Source: an uncultured Veillonellaceae bacterium (GTDB lineage: Bacteria; Bacillota; Negativicutes; JARBTT01). From it: a stretch of DNA of 64,000 nucleotides. Positions 1-9,576 of this stretch are shown one piece after another; within the stretch, counting starts at the first letter, position 1, and every line of letters begins with the position of its first letter. A program made the translations under genes and the position numbers. The DNA lies in NCBI GenBank assembly GCA_963805085.1, contig CAWDTA010000002.1:448001-512000 (forward strand), given 5' to 3'. The notes beneath the pieces were generated by a model. The model was given only the letters and a program-made list of their open reading frames with translations. It ran no database searches and was not told where the DNA came from.

Positions 1-219
1 ACCAACCCCAATCACAATCCCTTGACTGCTATATTTACTGGTTAATTTTTTAATGATAGTAAGCACATCTGGAACCGCAAAAGGAAATTCCAAAGCTCTT
101 GCCCCACCAGCAATCGCCGCTTCAGCAATTTTATACGCATCTTCTGCATCGTCAGACCGAATAATTGCGATCATTCCACATTCATCAATCGCTTTTAAAT
201 TCTTTAATTTTTTCCACAT
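1..219 (-). CDS. eda: KHG/KDPG aldolase family protein (5' part; runs off the window start)
   Basis: Not in ORF track. Read manually from ATG at 219 with an AAGGAG RBS: MWKKLKNLKAIDECGMIAIIRSDDAEDAYKIAEAAIAGGARALEFPFAVPD...IVIGVG, the typical Eda N-terminus. Confidence 0.8.
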   Translation of the reverse strand, partial: MWKKLKNLKAIDECGMIAIIRSDDAEDAYKIAEAAIAGGARALEFPFAVPDVLTIIKKLTSKYSSQGIVIGVG

Positions 220-252
220 AATAAATTTCTCCTTATAATTTTATATCAGATT

Positions 253-1209
253 CTATTTTATTACAGAATATTTTGCTTTTTCTCCCGATAAGACCCTTAC
301 GATTTCCTCAGCTGCTATCACACCCGCATTGACAATCGCTTCTTTTGTATAAGCACCAGAATGTGCTGTCAATACAATATTGGATAAATCAACCAATTTC
401 GAATCCACTAGCGGTTCATTTTGGTATACATCTAATGCAGCACCCGCAATCACTTCTGTACTGAGCGCTTCATATAAATCATCTTCTACAACAAGCTCAC
501 CACGTGCTGTATTAACAATAAATGCTGTCTTTTTCATACTACGCAATCTATCTATGTTTACCATACCAATGGTATCTTTAATCGCTGGTGCATGTAAAGA
601 TACGAAATCTGATTTTGTAAAAATATCGTCTAGACTAACATAAGTCACACCATATTGATCAATAAAATCTTGACGAGGATAAACATCATATGCCAAAATT
701 TTCATCCCAAAAGCAAAGGCTCTCTTTGCGACTTCACCGCCGATATTCCCCATTCCCACAATACCGAGGACTTTACCTGCCAATTCAACGCCAGTATGAC
801 GATACCAGCTTTTTTCTCTAATTTTTCTATCCATTGCCGGAACATTTCTTGCAATCGATAACATGAGACCCATTGCTAAATCTGCGACTGATTTGCTATT
901 TGCACCTGGAGTGATGGTGACATCTATCTTTTGCTCTTTGGCTGCGACAACATCAATTGTATTGTACCCAACGCCTTGCTTTGCCACAATTTTTAAAGTC
1001 GGTGCTCCAGCCGTTAGAACAGCTGCCGTTACTTTATCACTACCTGCGATCATTCCATCAACACCTTGAATCATATCGATTAATTCAGCTTCTGTTAACG
1101 TTCGATCATAAGGATTTAAAATCAATTCATATCCTTGTTCATCCAAAATCTTCATTGCTTCTGGCGCTCTTGATCGTGCCCTTGAACCAATCAAAACTTT
1201 TTTCTTCAT
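253..1209 (-). CDS. D-2-hydroxyacid dehydrogenase (phosphoglycerate dehydrogenase-like, no ACT domain)
   Basis: GIVGMGNIG NAD motif, NTARGELV, ALDVYQNEP and TAHSGA catalytic motifs. Confidence 0.9.
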   Translation of the reverse strand: MKKKVLIGSRARSRAPEAMKILDEQGYELILNPYDRTLTEAELIDMIQGVDGMIAGSDKVTAAVLTAGAPTLKIVAKQGVGYNTIDVVAAKEQKIDVTITPGANSKSVADLAMGLMLSIARNVPAMDRKIREKSWYRHTGVELAGKVLGIVGMGNIGGEVAKRAFAFGMKILAYDVYPRQDFIDQYGVTYVSLDDIFTKSDFVSLHAPAIKDTIGMVNIDRLRSMKKTAFIVNTARGELVVEDDLYEALSTEVIAGAALDVYQNEPLVDSKLVDLSNIVLTAHSGAYTKEAIVNAGVIAAEEIVRVLSGEKAKYSVIK

Positions 1210-1279
1210 CGACTCAACCCCTTGCCATAATATTTCGATTTATTTCATTATTCTTAAAATTAATCTTGACTACTATAAA

Positions 1280-1295
1280 TGCAAGAAGCGTGCCA
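1280..1295 (-). promoter_or_regulatory. sigma54 (-24/-12) promoter
   Basis: Minus strand TGGCACGCTTCTTGCA matches TGGCAC-N5-TTGCA, about 70 bp upstream of the dehydrogenase start. Confidence 0.8.
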
Positions 1296-1565
1296 CTACA
1301 CTAAACGCCTATAACTAATAAGAAGTTACGCAAATTATCACAACACTACACAAAAAGTATTATTTTGATGATGCTATAAACAACACTTCTCATTATAAAT
1401 AAAGACCTAATTCAGATGACGTTTCAACACCACCTGAATTATAATTATCGGATAAAAAATAAAGACACTAGAAATTTAAATTCTAATGTCCTCAAATCCA
1501 AGTAAACTATTTTTTTATGATAAAAACACCTTACATAGAAATTTCTTTATAGATCAATGAAACTT

Positions 1566-2318
1566 TTAAACTGACATTCCTGACATGATAAATTTCACAC
1601 CCAGCACAAACACCACAATTGATAGTAAAATGATAATTGCTCGCGGTTTGGTTTTGCTCGCAATTTTTGCCCCAATTTGTGCCCCAAAGATTGCTCCAAT
1701 ACCGACACAAATTCCCGGAAGCCATAATACATGCCCCAAAATAAAATGTGAAATAACTCCAACAAAGCTAGATATCGCAAGTACACAAGTAGACGTTGCC
1801 GTTGCAACATGTGTAGGAAAGCCAAGCGCATAAATCATCATTGGTACGTGGATAATCCCACCCCCAATACCTAAAACGCTAGAAATAAAACCAACGCCGA
1901 CACTACTTATAATTCCTAAAGTACTATTATACTGAAACACTTTTTGATCAAAATGCTGCTGTTTTTCTTTCTTTGAAGATTTAGAGTACATCATGACCGA
2001 CATAAACACTAAAAAAAGACCAAAGGCCAGACTAAAGGTTGCCCCTGTAAAATAGTGTGCGACATAACTCCCCAAAAATGCCCCAGGAATAGTCGCTAAA
2101 CCAAACCGAATTGCTGCATGATAAAACACTTTTTTTTGCTTAATATAAGCCCAAGTTCCAGATATTGCATTGAATAAAACAATAAACAAGGAGGTCCCTA
2201 TTGTTTGTGCGGCTGAATACTCAAATCCCCATAAAAATACCGGGATCAAGATCAATCCGCCCCCGACACCTACCAATGTTCCAAAAGCACCTACCACACT
2301 ACCAAGTAAAAAAAACAT
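1566..2318 (-). CDS. TauE/SafE (TSUP) family membrane exporter
   Basis: Duplicated GxGGG motifs (GVGGGLIL, GIGGGIIHVP) and many TM helices; the true start may be an ATT at 2336. Confidence 0.85.
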   Translation of the reverse strand: MFFLLGSVVGAFGTLVGVGGGLILIPVFLWGFEYSAAQTIGTSLFIVLFNAISGTWAYIKQKKVFYHAAIRFGLATIPGAFLGSYVAHYFTGATFSLAFGLFLVFMSVMMYSKSSKKEKQQHFDQKVFQYNSTLGIISSVGVGFISSVLGIGGGIIHVPMMIYALGFPTHVATATSTCVLAISSFVGVISHFILGHVLWLPGICVGIGAIFGAQIGAKIASKTKPRAIIILLSIVVFVLGVKFIMSGMSV

Positions 2319-2354
2319 AAATGCTGTTATAATAATAAAAATCTCCTCCGTTTT

Positions 2355-3053
2355 CTATACAAACATGGATACGAACAAAGCTATAACCACAGAAACTAAA
2401 CCTGTTACAACAACAGCAATTCCTGCTAAAGCACCTTCCGTTTCGCCGATTTCAACTGCCTTAGAACTACCTAACGCATGGCTCGATGTCCCAATCGCAA
2501 TGCCTACGGCAATACTTTGATTGATTTTAAAGAACTTTAAAGCAAAAGGAATCAACATCGTCCCTAATATGCCTGTACAAATCACAGAGGCAACAGTAAG
2601 AGCTGGAATTCCTCCTAAAATCGTAGAAATATCGATTGCGATTGCTGCTGTTGTCGTTTTGGGTGCCATCGATAAGGCAACTTGCCTGTCAATCCCCATT
2701 GCCGAGCACAGCATGTAAATGCTATACATACTTGTGATTGAGCCAACAACCGTACCAACAATAATGGGTACGATATTATTTCGAATGGTCTGCCGCTCCT
2801 TATACATTGGCAATGCAAACATAATCGTAGCTGGACATAGTAGAATATTAATCACCACCCCCCCCTTATTGAAGGTGTCTAAAGAAATATCAAATACCTG
2901 CATGCCAAAAACAATCAATACGATTGCAACAAATAATGGATTTAATAGTTGCACATTCGTCTTTTGATAAATATAAATTCCTATTTGATATGCCAAAATA
3001 CAAATACCCAGAATTGCTATGGGTAACATTGGACTGTCACTGATAACTTCCAC
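2355..3053 (-). CDS. lrgB: LrgB/CidB family membrane protein
   Basis: PKTTTAAIAI and GTSSHALGSSKA motifs; paired with the LrgA gene. Confidence 0.85.
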   Translation of the reverse strand: MEVISDSPMLPIAILGICILAYQIGIYIYQKTNVQLLNPLFVAIVLIVFGMQVFDISLDTFNKGGVVINILLCPATIMFALPMYKERQTIRNNIVPIIVGTVVGSITSMYSIYMLCSAMGIDRQVALSMAPKTTTAAIAIDISTILGGIPALTVASVICTGILGTMLIPFALKFFKINQSIAVGIAIGTSSHALGSSKAVEIGETEGALAGIAVVVTGLVSVVIALFVSMFV

Positions 3054-3054
3054 G

Positions 3055-3420
3055 TTAATTATTCTTCCTCATTTTATTTTGTAAGTGTAACACTAATTTC
3101 ACAGCAACTCCAGTCGTTGCAAACGTTAAGAGTGTTGAAATCAGCGTCACGATTGAATACTGAAACAAAATATTTTTGATCAAATCATATTTGCCAATAA
3201 TCGATACGCCCGCGGCGATAAAAAAGAATCCCATGTTGTGCATAAAAAAATTCGCGATATCTTCAATATAGCTTATTTTGATAATCCTTAGCATCAAACA
3301 GCTCATTAAAAGGATAATCCCGACCACACTCACTGGAATAGCAATCGGCAAAAGGCGTGAAAGAATATCAGCGCAAGCTACCAACAAAAAGACGATACCG
3401 ATTTGTACTAATATTTTCAT
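3055..3420 (-). CDS. lrgA: CidA/LrgA family holin-like membrane protein
   Basis: 121 aa, hydrophobic, PIAIPVSVVG and MGFFFIAAGV motifs; adjacent to LrgB. Confidence 0.85.
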   Translation of the reverse strand: MKILVQIGIVFLLVACADILSRLLPIAIPVSVVGIILLMSCLMLRIIKISYIEDIANFFMHNMGFFFIAAGVSIIGKYDLIKNILFQYSIVTLISTLLTFATTGVAVKLVLHLQNKMRKNN

Positions 3421-3447
3421 TTATATTCTTCCACTCCTGTTACCTGA

Positions 3448-4347
3448 TTAAAATTTAACTATAGATAAATCATACGATTCAATCATTTGTTCTAGATTTT
3501 TTATTTCTTCTTCGGTTGGTGTCGTGTACTCTTGTACACCAATACCAAGCGCTTCCATCTTATGCTGTCCTAACGTATGATATGGCAATAATTCAATTTG
3601 CTTAATGGTGGTTTGCGCTCTTAAAAATTCGCACATCGATCGAATATTCTTTTCAGTTGCATTGACTTCTCTAATCAAAGGGACACGGATGATGATATTT
3701 TGATGTAGCTTAGAAATCTGCTTAATGTTTTCTAAAATTTTTTGATTACTAACACCCGTAAGCGCCTGATGCATCTCATCATCCATATGCTTGATATCAA
3801 TGAAAATTGCATTTAATGCAACGATAATGTCTTGGTTTTCAGCAAAATCAAAATAAGCGCTTGTTTCTACGGCTGTATCAATTCCCATAGCATGACACTG
3901 TGAAACCAATTGACGTAAATAACTGCCTTGCATAAAGGGCTCACCGCCAGAAAAGGTAACACCACCACCAGATTCTTGATAAAAAATGCAATCTTTACGA
4001 ATCATGTGCATAACATCTTCGACGGTGACAGCTTCACCAATCTGCTTTCTCGCCCCATGCATGCATACCGCCAAACATTTTTGGCAATACACACATTTCG
4101 CATGGTCAAACTGTATTTTCCCCGATGCACTTTGCGTAATTGCGCCATGCTCACATACTGCCAAACAACTCTTACAATTTGTGCATTTTTGCTCATACAC
4201 CATGATTTCTAACTTCTGATACCAAGATTCTGGATTCGCACACCATTTGCACCTGAGCGGACACCCTTTAAAAAACGCGGTACTCCTGATTCCATCACCA
4301 TCATGAATCGACCAGCGTTGCAGTTGAAAAATATTAAAGGTTTTCAT
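3448..4347 (-). CDS. Glycyl-radical enzyme activating protein (radical SAM with ferredoxin insert)
   Basis: HDGDGIRS, GCPLRCKWC (CxxxCxxC), two CxxCxxC ferredoxin motifs, GGVTFSGGEP; likely start MKTFNIF at 4347. Confidence 0.92.
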   Translation of the reverse strand: MKTFNIFQLQRWSIHDGDGIRSTAFFKGCPLRCKWCANPESWYQKLEIMVYEQKCTNCKSCLAVCEHGAITQSASGKIQFDHAKCVYCQKCLAVCMHGARKQIGEAVTVEDVMHMIRKDCIFYQESGGGVTFSGGEPFMQGSYLRQLVSQCHAMGIDTAVETSAYFDFAENQDIIVALNAIFIDIKHMDDEMHQALTGVSNQKILENIKQISKLHQNIIIRVPLIREVNATEKNIRSMCEFLRAQTTIKQIELLPYHTLGQHKMEALGIGVQEYTTPTEEEIKNLEQMIESYDLSIVKF

Positions 4348-6709
4348 ATGTGGTACGCTCGATGATCGCTTCTTGTGCATCACGCGACAAGTTGACGAAT
4401 TGCGTGCTGTAACCAGCCACCCGTACTAATAAATCTTTATAGTTTTCTGGCTCCGCTTGCGCTTTTCTTAATAGCTCGGTCGAAATTACATTGAACTGTA
4501 CATGGAATGCACCTAAAGCAAAATAGGCTCTGATCATCGAAGCAAGATTTCTCAGATTACGCTCTGATTTTAATAGTTCTGGTGAAAATTTAATATTGAG
4601 TAGTGTTCCGCCACTGTGAATATCATGGTTGATTTTTGCTGCAGAACGCATTGCTGCCGTTGGGCTCGTTAAATCTGTACCAGCATGTGGGGAAACACCT
4701 TCGGTTAGAGGCGACCCAGATTTTCTGCCATCCGGGGTTGCTCCAATCACAGCACCAGCGGGAATATAATTGGAGATTCCCATAAAGGCTGAATTGAATG
4801 GTGAGCCAAAGAAATCCTTATACGCAACAATTTCTTTATGATAAAAATCGGTAATTTCAATTGCAATCATATCTACATAATCATCGTCATTACCATATTT
4901 CGGACAAGTAATTGCATCTTGACGCATTGCTTCGTAGCCAACCCAATCTGCTTTCATTGCTTCGCGAATCTCGGCTAACGTATATTTCTTTTCTTCGAAT
5001 ACCAATTTTTTAATCATCGCTAGCGAATTGGCTACATCTGCTACCCCAATCCCAGTAAGCACTGGACCGAGGTTGTATTTTGCTCCGCCGCGGCTTAAAT
5101 CTTTGCCCTTTTCCATACAACCATCCACTACCATTGACAAATATGGACGTGGCACCATTTCAGCATGAATTTGTTGTGCGGTAACACTACCGATTACCGA
5201 ATGCTTAATCAGGTTTGCTAATTGGTCAAAGAAGGCTGTCTTCACCGCTTGATAACTTGTAAGATCCTCTAATGGGGTTTCTAATCCCATCACCTGACCT
5301 GTGATATTCCCCTTACCTTGATTTAAGGTATATTCAATTGCCGCTGCTAAATTGATGTTTACCGCAGACGTCCATTCGCCAATCTTTCTAAAATGTGGCA
5401 CTACACAACCGCAGTTGCTCCAATCACGGGCATCTTCTACTGAAAGACCTGCTGCCATGAGCATTTCTGATCCTACGCGATCATTATGTACCGCGGGGAA
5501 TCCTGTACCTGCACTGATTAATTTACAAACGGCCATTAAAAATTCTGGTGGACAATCAGGATGAATGCGCACACTGAGGCCTGGTTGATGGGTTTTTACA
5601 TTCTCGCTTGCTTTTAAGCACATATAGGAGATTGCATTCGTTCCGTCACGACCATCACGGCGTCTGCCACCAACGGTTAAATTTTGGAATGAATTGTAAC
5701 CAGCAAAAAACTTCGCTGTATTACTAGAGATTGCCCATACCCATTCTGACAACTTAATCCAAAGCGCTTCAATCAATTCTTGTGCTTTTTCGGCCGTGAT
5801 TTTTCCATTTTGCAAATCTGCTTCATAAAACGGATACATATATTGATCAAAACGTCCCAAATTCAGCGCCAAAGAGTTTTCTGAAAGGATAGAGCCAATT
5901 TGCGTAAACCAAACCGTTTGTATCGCTTCAGCAAAAGTAGTTGGCGGTTTTTCTGGTACGTTTTCACAAATCGCGGCGATCGCTAACAATTCAGCTTTTC
6001 TCGCTGGATTTTGTTCTGTTTCAGCAAGTTCTGCTGCTTTTTTCGCATATCGCCCGGCTAAACAAACGATGCCTTCGCAGACTAAAACTGCACTTTGGTA
6101 GAACTCAATTTTTTCAAGATTCTCTGCCGAGGTCGGCTCTAACTCTGCTAATTTTGCGCTTGCATCTTTCCGTAAGCCACCAAAGCCTTTTTTGAAAATT
6201 ACATCTTGATAATCCGCAGTGACTTCGCCAACGGCACTACGCCATTTGGAGTCATTATCGATAATTCCTGTATCGATTAAAAGTTTCGCTGTTTTTTTGT
6301 CTAAGCGGGAGAGAAAAGTTTCCTCAAGCGATTTCCCCTTCCAGTAAGGGAACACCTCGTTTCTTAAGGCTTCTTTGGCAGCCTCATCAATCACATAAGG
6401 ATCTTGGTTACGGCTTTCAAACGTATCCATCTCTTGCTCAACCCATTGCCACGAATATTCTGGACATACAATCCCATTTCTTCTGAATTCACCAATCGAA
6501 CCAACAATCAATTCTTGATCAAATATCGTAACCGGAATCGTCTGGCAAACTTCGCCAAAAGCTTTCGCTCTTCTGATAATGACCGCTTCACCCTCTGTTT
6601 TTTTATGCGATTCAGTAAAGGTGATTGCTCTTTGTACACTAATGGATGGTTTTGAGTTTACATAAATATCTTTAAATTCGTCAATCCTACTACTCATGAT
6701 GTTGTTCAT
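4334..6709 (-). CDS. Glycyl-radical enzyme of unknown substrate (PFL2/eliminase-like fold)
   Basis: C-terminal RVAGYS glycyl loop, GRFDQY, Cys loop SNCGCVVP; adjacent activase. Confidence 0.9.
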   Translation of the reverse strand: MNNIMSSRIDEFKDIYVNSKPSISVQRAITFTESHKKTEGEAVIIRRAKAFGEVCQTIPVTIFDQELIVGSIGEFRRNGIVCPEYSWQWVEQEMDTFESRNQDPYVIDEAAKEALRNEVFPYWKGKSLEETFLSRLDKKTAKLLIDTGIIDNDSKWRSAVGEVTADYQDVIFKKGFGGLRKDASAKLAELEPTSAENLEKIEFYQSAVLVCEGIVCLAGRYAKKAAELAETEQNPARKAELLAIAAICENVPEKPPTTFAEAIQTVWFTQIGSILSENSLALNLGRFDQYMYPFYEADLQNGKITAEKAQELIEALWIKLSEWVWAISSNTAKFFAGYNSFQNLTVGGRRRDGRDGTNAISYMCLKASENVKTHQPGLSVRIHPDCPPEFLMAVCKLISAGTGFPAVHNDRVGSEMLMAAGLSVEDARDWSNCGCVVPHFRKIGEWTSAVNINLAAAIEYTLNQGKGNITGQVMGLETPLEDLTSYQAVKTAFFDQLANLIKHSVIGSVTAQQIHAEMVPRPYLSMVVDGCMEKGKDLSRGGAKYNLGPVLTGIGVADVANSLAMIKKLVFEEKKYTLAEIREAMKADWVGYEAMRQDAITCPKYGNDDDYVDMIAIEITDFYHKEIVAYKDFFGSPFNSAFMGISNYIPAGAVIGATPDGRKSGSPLTEGVSPHAGTDLTSPTAAMRSAAKINHDIHSGGTLLNIKFSPELLKSERNLRNLASMIRAYFALGAFHVQFNVISTELLRKAQAEPENYKDLLVRVAGYSTQFVNLSRDAQEAIIERTTYENL

Positions 6710-7394
6710 CCTTTCTTTTTTGTTGCTTAGCGTCCAGCAAATAATTATGTAACGTTTTGCTGGCTGATTCCATATGCATTTTCAGTATCTTCTTGGCTCT
6801 CTTTATATCTTTTTGTGTGCACGCTTCCAAAAGATCCCGATGTTCCTTCTGCGACTGTGTTTGGTAGTGCATCTCTTCTAAATAAATCCGCATATAACGT
6901 TCTACATTGTTATGCAGTACTCGAATCATATCTAGTAATTTTGTTTTTCCTGAAGCTTCATAAAGATATTCATGAAACAAACAGTTGAGTTCACTCCAGC
7001 GATTGGAGTCTTCCTCTCTTTCTAATGCTTCTAAAACATGCTCCGCTTTTTGAATCCCTTCTTCAGTAATCGCTGGTATCGCAAATTCCAAAGCGCCAAG
7101 TTCGAGCAACATACGAATTTCAAAAATTTCTTGTGCTTCCTCTGCGGATAACTCGGTTACAATTGCACCTCGATTCGGATAAAACTTCACTAGTCCTTCT
7201 GACTCTAACGTTTTTAAGGCTTCACGCAACGCACTCATACTTACATTGAACTCTTGTGCGAGTACCTCTTGTTTTAACGGCATCCCACCGACAAACGTAC
7301 CTGATAATATCAATTGCCGTAATTGGTTACTGATTTTAATCGGTATCGTCATTCTTCCTAATTTCTCTGTTTGTTTAAAATAATTTGTTTTCAT
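6690..7394 (-). CDS. GntR (FadR/FCD) family transcriptional regulator
   Basis: N-terminal wHTH LAQEFNVSMSALREALKTLESEGLV and C-terminal FCD domain. Confidence 0.9.
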   Translation of the reverse strand: MKTNYFKQTEKLGRMTIPIKISNQLRQLILSGTFVGGMPLKQEVLAQEFNVSMSALREALKTLESEGLVKFYPNRGAIVTELSAEEAQEIFEIRMLLELGALEFAIPAITEEGIQKAEHVLEALEREEDSNRWSELNCLFHEYLYEASGKTKLLDMIRVLHNNVERYMRIYLEEMHYQTQSQKEHRDLLEACTQKDIKRAKKILKMHMESASKTLHNYLLDAKQQKRKDEQHHE

Positions 7395-7436
7395 GGTTTT
7401 TAATATACTACAACTATTTTAAAAATCACAGACGAT

Positions 7437-7501
7437 TTTCGAAAGTATACAGTATTCACTTTCACCTTTGCTTTATTTGACAAATTTCGAAAGTATACAG
7501 T
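7437..7501. repeat. Two identical 17-bp copies of TTTCGAAAGTATACAGT (7437-7453, 7485-7501); candidate GntR operators
   Basis: Exact repeat read from the sequence, upstream of the gntR-GRE operon. Confidence 0.6.
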
Positions 7502-7718
7502 GTACAACCTTGCTTTCATATTGACACCATAAAATTTATCATATATTATGTGTCCATGAATCAAAATCATTTGTGCCGAACAAACGCACAATCAACCAAT
7601 AGTTTACATTAAAATCTCATATGATAAAAAGCACTGACGCTATTGTATCTAAAAAGATATAGTAGCGCCTTTTTTATTCCTATGAAAAAGCAAAATAAAT
7701 GAAAGAGAGATTACAAAA

Positions 7719-8879
7719 ATGGTCTACGATAAACAAAAAGCATTCAATTTCATCGATCTGAATAAAGCTGAAATGATCAATTTATGGGAACAGTTAGTGA
7801 ATCTAGAATGTGGCGCTCTAAATAAAGTCGGTGTTGATATCGTCGGTAAAAAAATTGAAACTATCTTAAAAGAAGTCGGCTGCAAAACACGTTTTGTCGA
7901 ATTTGAGAAATCAGGCAATATGTTAATTGCCGAATATGGTGATACCGAAAATAAACCTTGTGTTATTTTTACCGGTCACATGGATACCGTTTTTGCCGAT
8001 GGCACTGCCGCTCAGCGCCCCTTTACAATAAAAGAGGATAAAGCCTACGGCCCTGGCGTACTTGATATGAAGGGCGGCATCGTAATTCTGCTCTATGCAT
8101 TAAAAGCACTCAACGAAATCGGCTATAAAACTTTGCCAATCAAAATCGTTCTTCTTGGTGATGAAGAAAATGGCCATCTACTTTCAAATGCCGGTGATTT
8201 TATTGTGAAAGAGTCTAAAGGAGCTTTAGCGGCATTTAATTTTGAAACGGGTTTTATGGACGACGGTATCGTTGTTGCCCGAAAAGGCATGTTCCAATTT
8301 TGCCTTGAAGTATTTGGCGTAGCAGCCCACGTCGGCAATGATCCTGAAAATGGGCGTAGCGCGATCCTCGAAATCGCCCATAAAATTATTGATATCGAGA
8401 AATTAACCGATTTTGAAAAAGGCAATACCTTTAATGTCGGCGTCATTGAAGGCGGCACTGTTGCAAACGCGACTCCTGACTATGCAAAAATCACAGTTGA
8501 CCTAAGATTTCTAGATTCAGCTCACTTGCCAGATGTGATGAAACAAATTGAGAAAATCGTCAATAAAACTTATATTGATGGCACGACAACCAAATTCTCG
8601 AAAAAAGTTGAACTCAATGCGATGAAAAAAACCGATGGCTCGCTTAACTTATTTGAAGTTGTTAAAGATGTTTATGAAGAAGAAAACCTTGGCCTTCCTT
8701 ATCCTAGAACAGTTGGCGGAGCTTCCGATTCGGCTTATACCGTTTTAGCTGGTGTCCCAACAGTTTGTGCCATGGGAGTCAAAGGCGGACGCAATCATAG
8801 CAAAGATGAATTCGCCGTCGTTGAAACCTTATTTGAAAGAGCCAAGTTAACCATCGCAACTGTCCTTAAATTAAAATAA
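7719..8879 (+). CDS. M20 family metallopeptidase (glutamate carboxypeptidase-like)
   Basis: GHMDTVF, GPGVLDMKGG, DEENG, GGASD and NHSKDE metal-binding motifs. Confidence 0.9.
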   Translation: MVYDKQKAFNFIDLNKAEMINLWEQLVNLECGALNKVGVDIVGKKIETILKEVGCKTRFVEFEKSGNMLIAEYGDTENKPCVIFTGHMDTVFADGTAAQRPFTIKEDKAYGPGVLDMKGGIVILLYALKALNEIGYKTLPIKIVLLGDEENGHLLSNAGDFIVKESKGALAAFNFETGFMDDGIVVARKGMFQFCLEVFGVAAHVGNDPENGRSAILEIAHKIIDIEKLTDFEKGNTFNVGVIEGGTVANATPDYAKITVDLRFLDSAHLPDVMKQIEKIVNKTYIDGTTTKFSKKVELNAMKKTDGSLNLFEVVKDVYEEENLGLPYPRTVGGASDSAYTVLAGVPTVCAMGVKGGRNHSKDEFAVVETLFERAKLTIATVLKLK

Positions 8880-8907
8880 ATAAAATCATGTATGAGGAGT
8901 GTTTACT

Positions 8908-9576
8908 ATGACAGACGTCGAACACAATTTAACTTGGCGAGGTTGGTTATCCTTCGCATTTATTGCTATCTCGTTTTCTGGTGTTTTAGCAAGTGCTGGT
9001 GTTTGGAGTGCATTTGATTTCCAAACGCTCATCGGTAACTTTGGTAAAATCGGTGATTTAGGTCCCTTCTCTGGCAAAGGTGGCACAGGGGCAAGAGAAG
9101 GATTTTTATTTGGTTTAACGTTGGTTCCAACCGTTATGTTTGCTTTAGGAATGATTCGTGTTGTTGAATCTTTAGGCGCACTCTTGGCTGCTGAAAAACT
9201 AATTCGTCCGATTTTAAAACCTTTAATGGGTCTTCCTGGCGTAACCGGACTTGCCCTTGTCAGTAGTATGACAAGTTCTGATGTTGGCTCAGCCATGACG
9301 AAGCAACTCCACGATAGTGGTAAACTAACAGACGATGAACGCACTATTTTTGTATCTTATCAATATGCAGCTTCTGCAACACTTACCAATACAATCGACT
9401 GTGGTGCCCCATTATTAGGTATCGCTTTATTACCGATTGGCGCAGTTTTGGCAATTGAAATATTTGTAAAAATCTTAGGTGCTAATGTTGTAAGATTTAT
9501 TCTTGCCCGTCAAGCCGCAAAAACCCCCACAGCACAAGAAAGCGAAACAGATATTTCCATAGGAGGTGCAGCATAA
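8908..9576 (+). CDS. YjiH-like nucleoside-recognition (Gate) membrane protein
   Basis: GTGAREGFLF and LKPLMGLPG motifs; GAGGAG RBS before ATG at 8908. Confidence 0.75.
   Translation: MTDVEHNLTWRGWLSFAFIAISFSGVLASAGVWSAFDFQTLIGNFGKIGDLGPFSGKGGTGAREGFLFGLTLVPTVMFALGMIRVVESLGALLAAEKLIRPILKPLMGLPGVTGLALVSSMTSSDVGSAMTKQLHDSGKLTDDERTIFVSYQYAASATLTNTIDCGAPLLGIALLPIGAVLAIEIFVKILGANVVRFILARQAAKTPTAQESETDISIGGAA

Noticed and set aside
4334-6709. Calling GRE 1 pyruvate formate-lyase or isethionate sulfite-lyase because of lrgAB/tauE
   Set aside because: It has no adjacent CC pair as in PFL and no CxE loop, and there are no aldehyde-processing genes; context alone is insufficient
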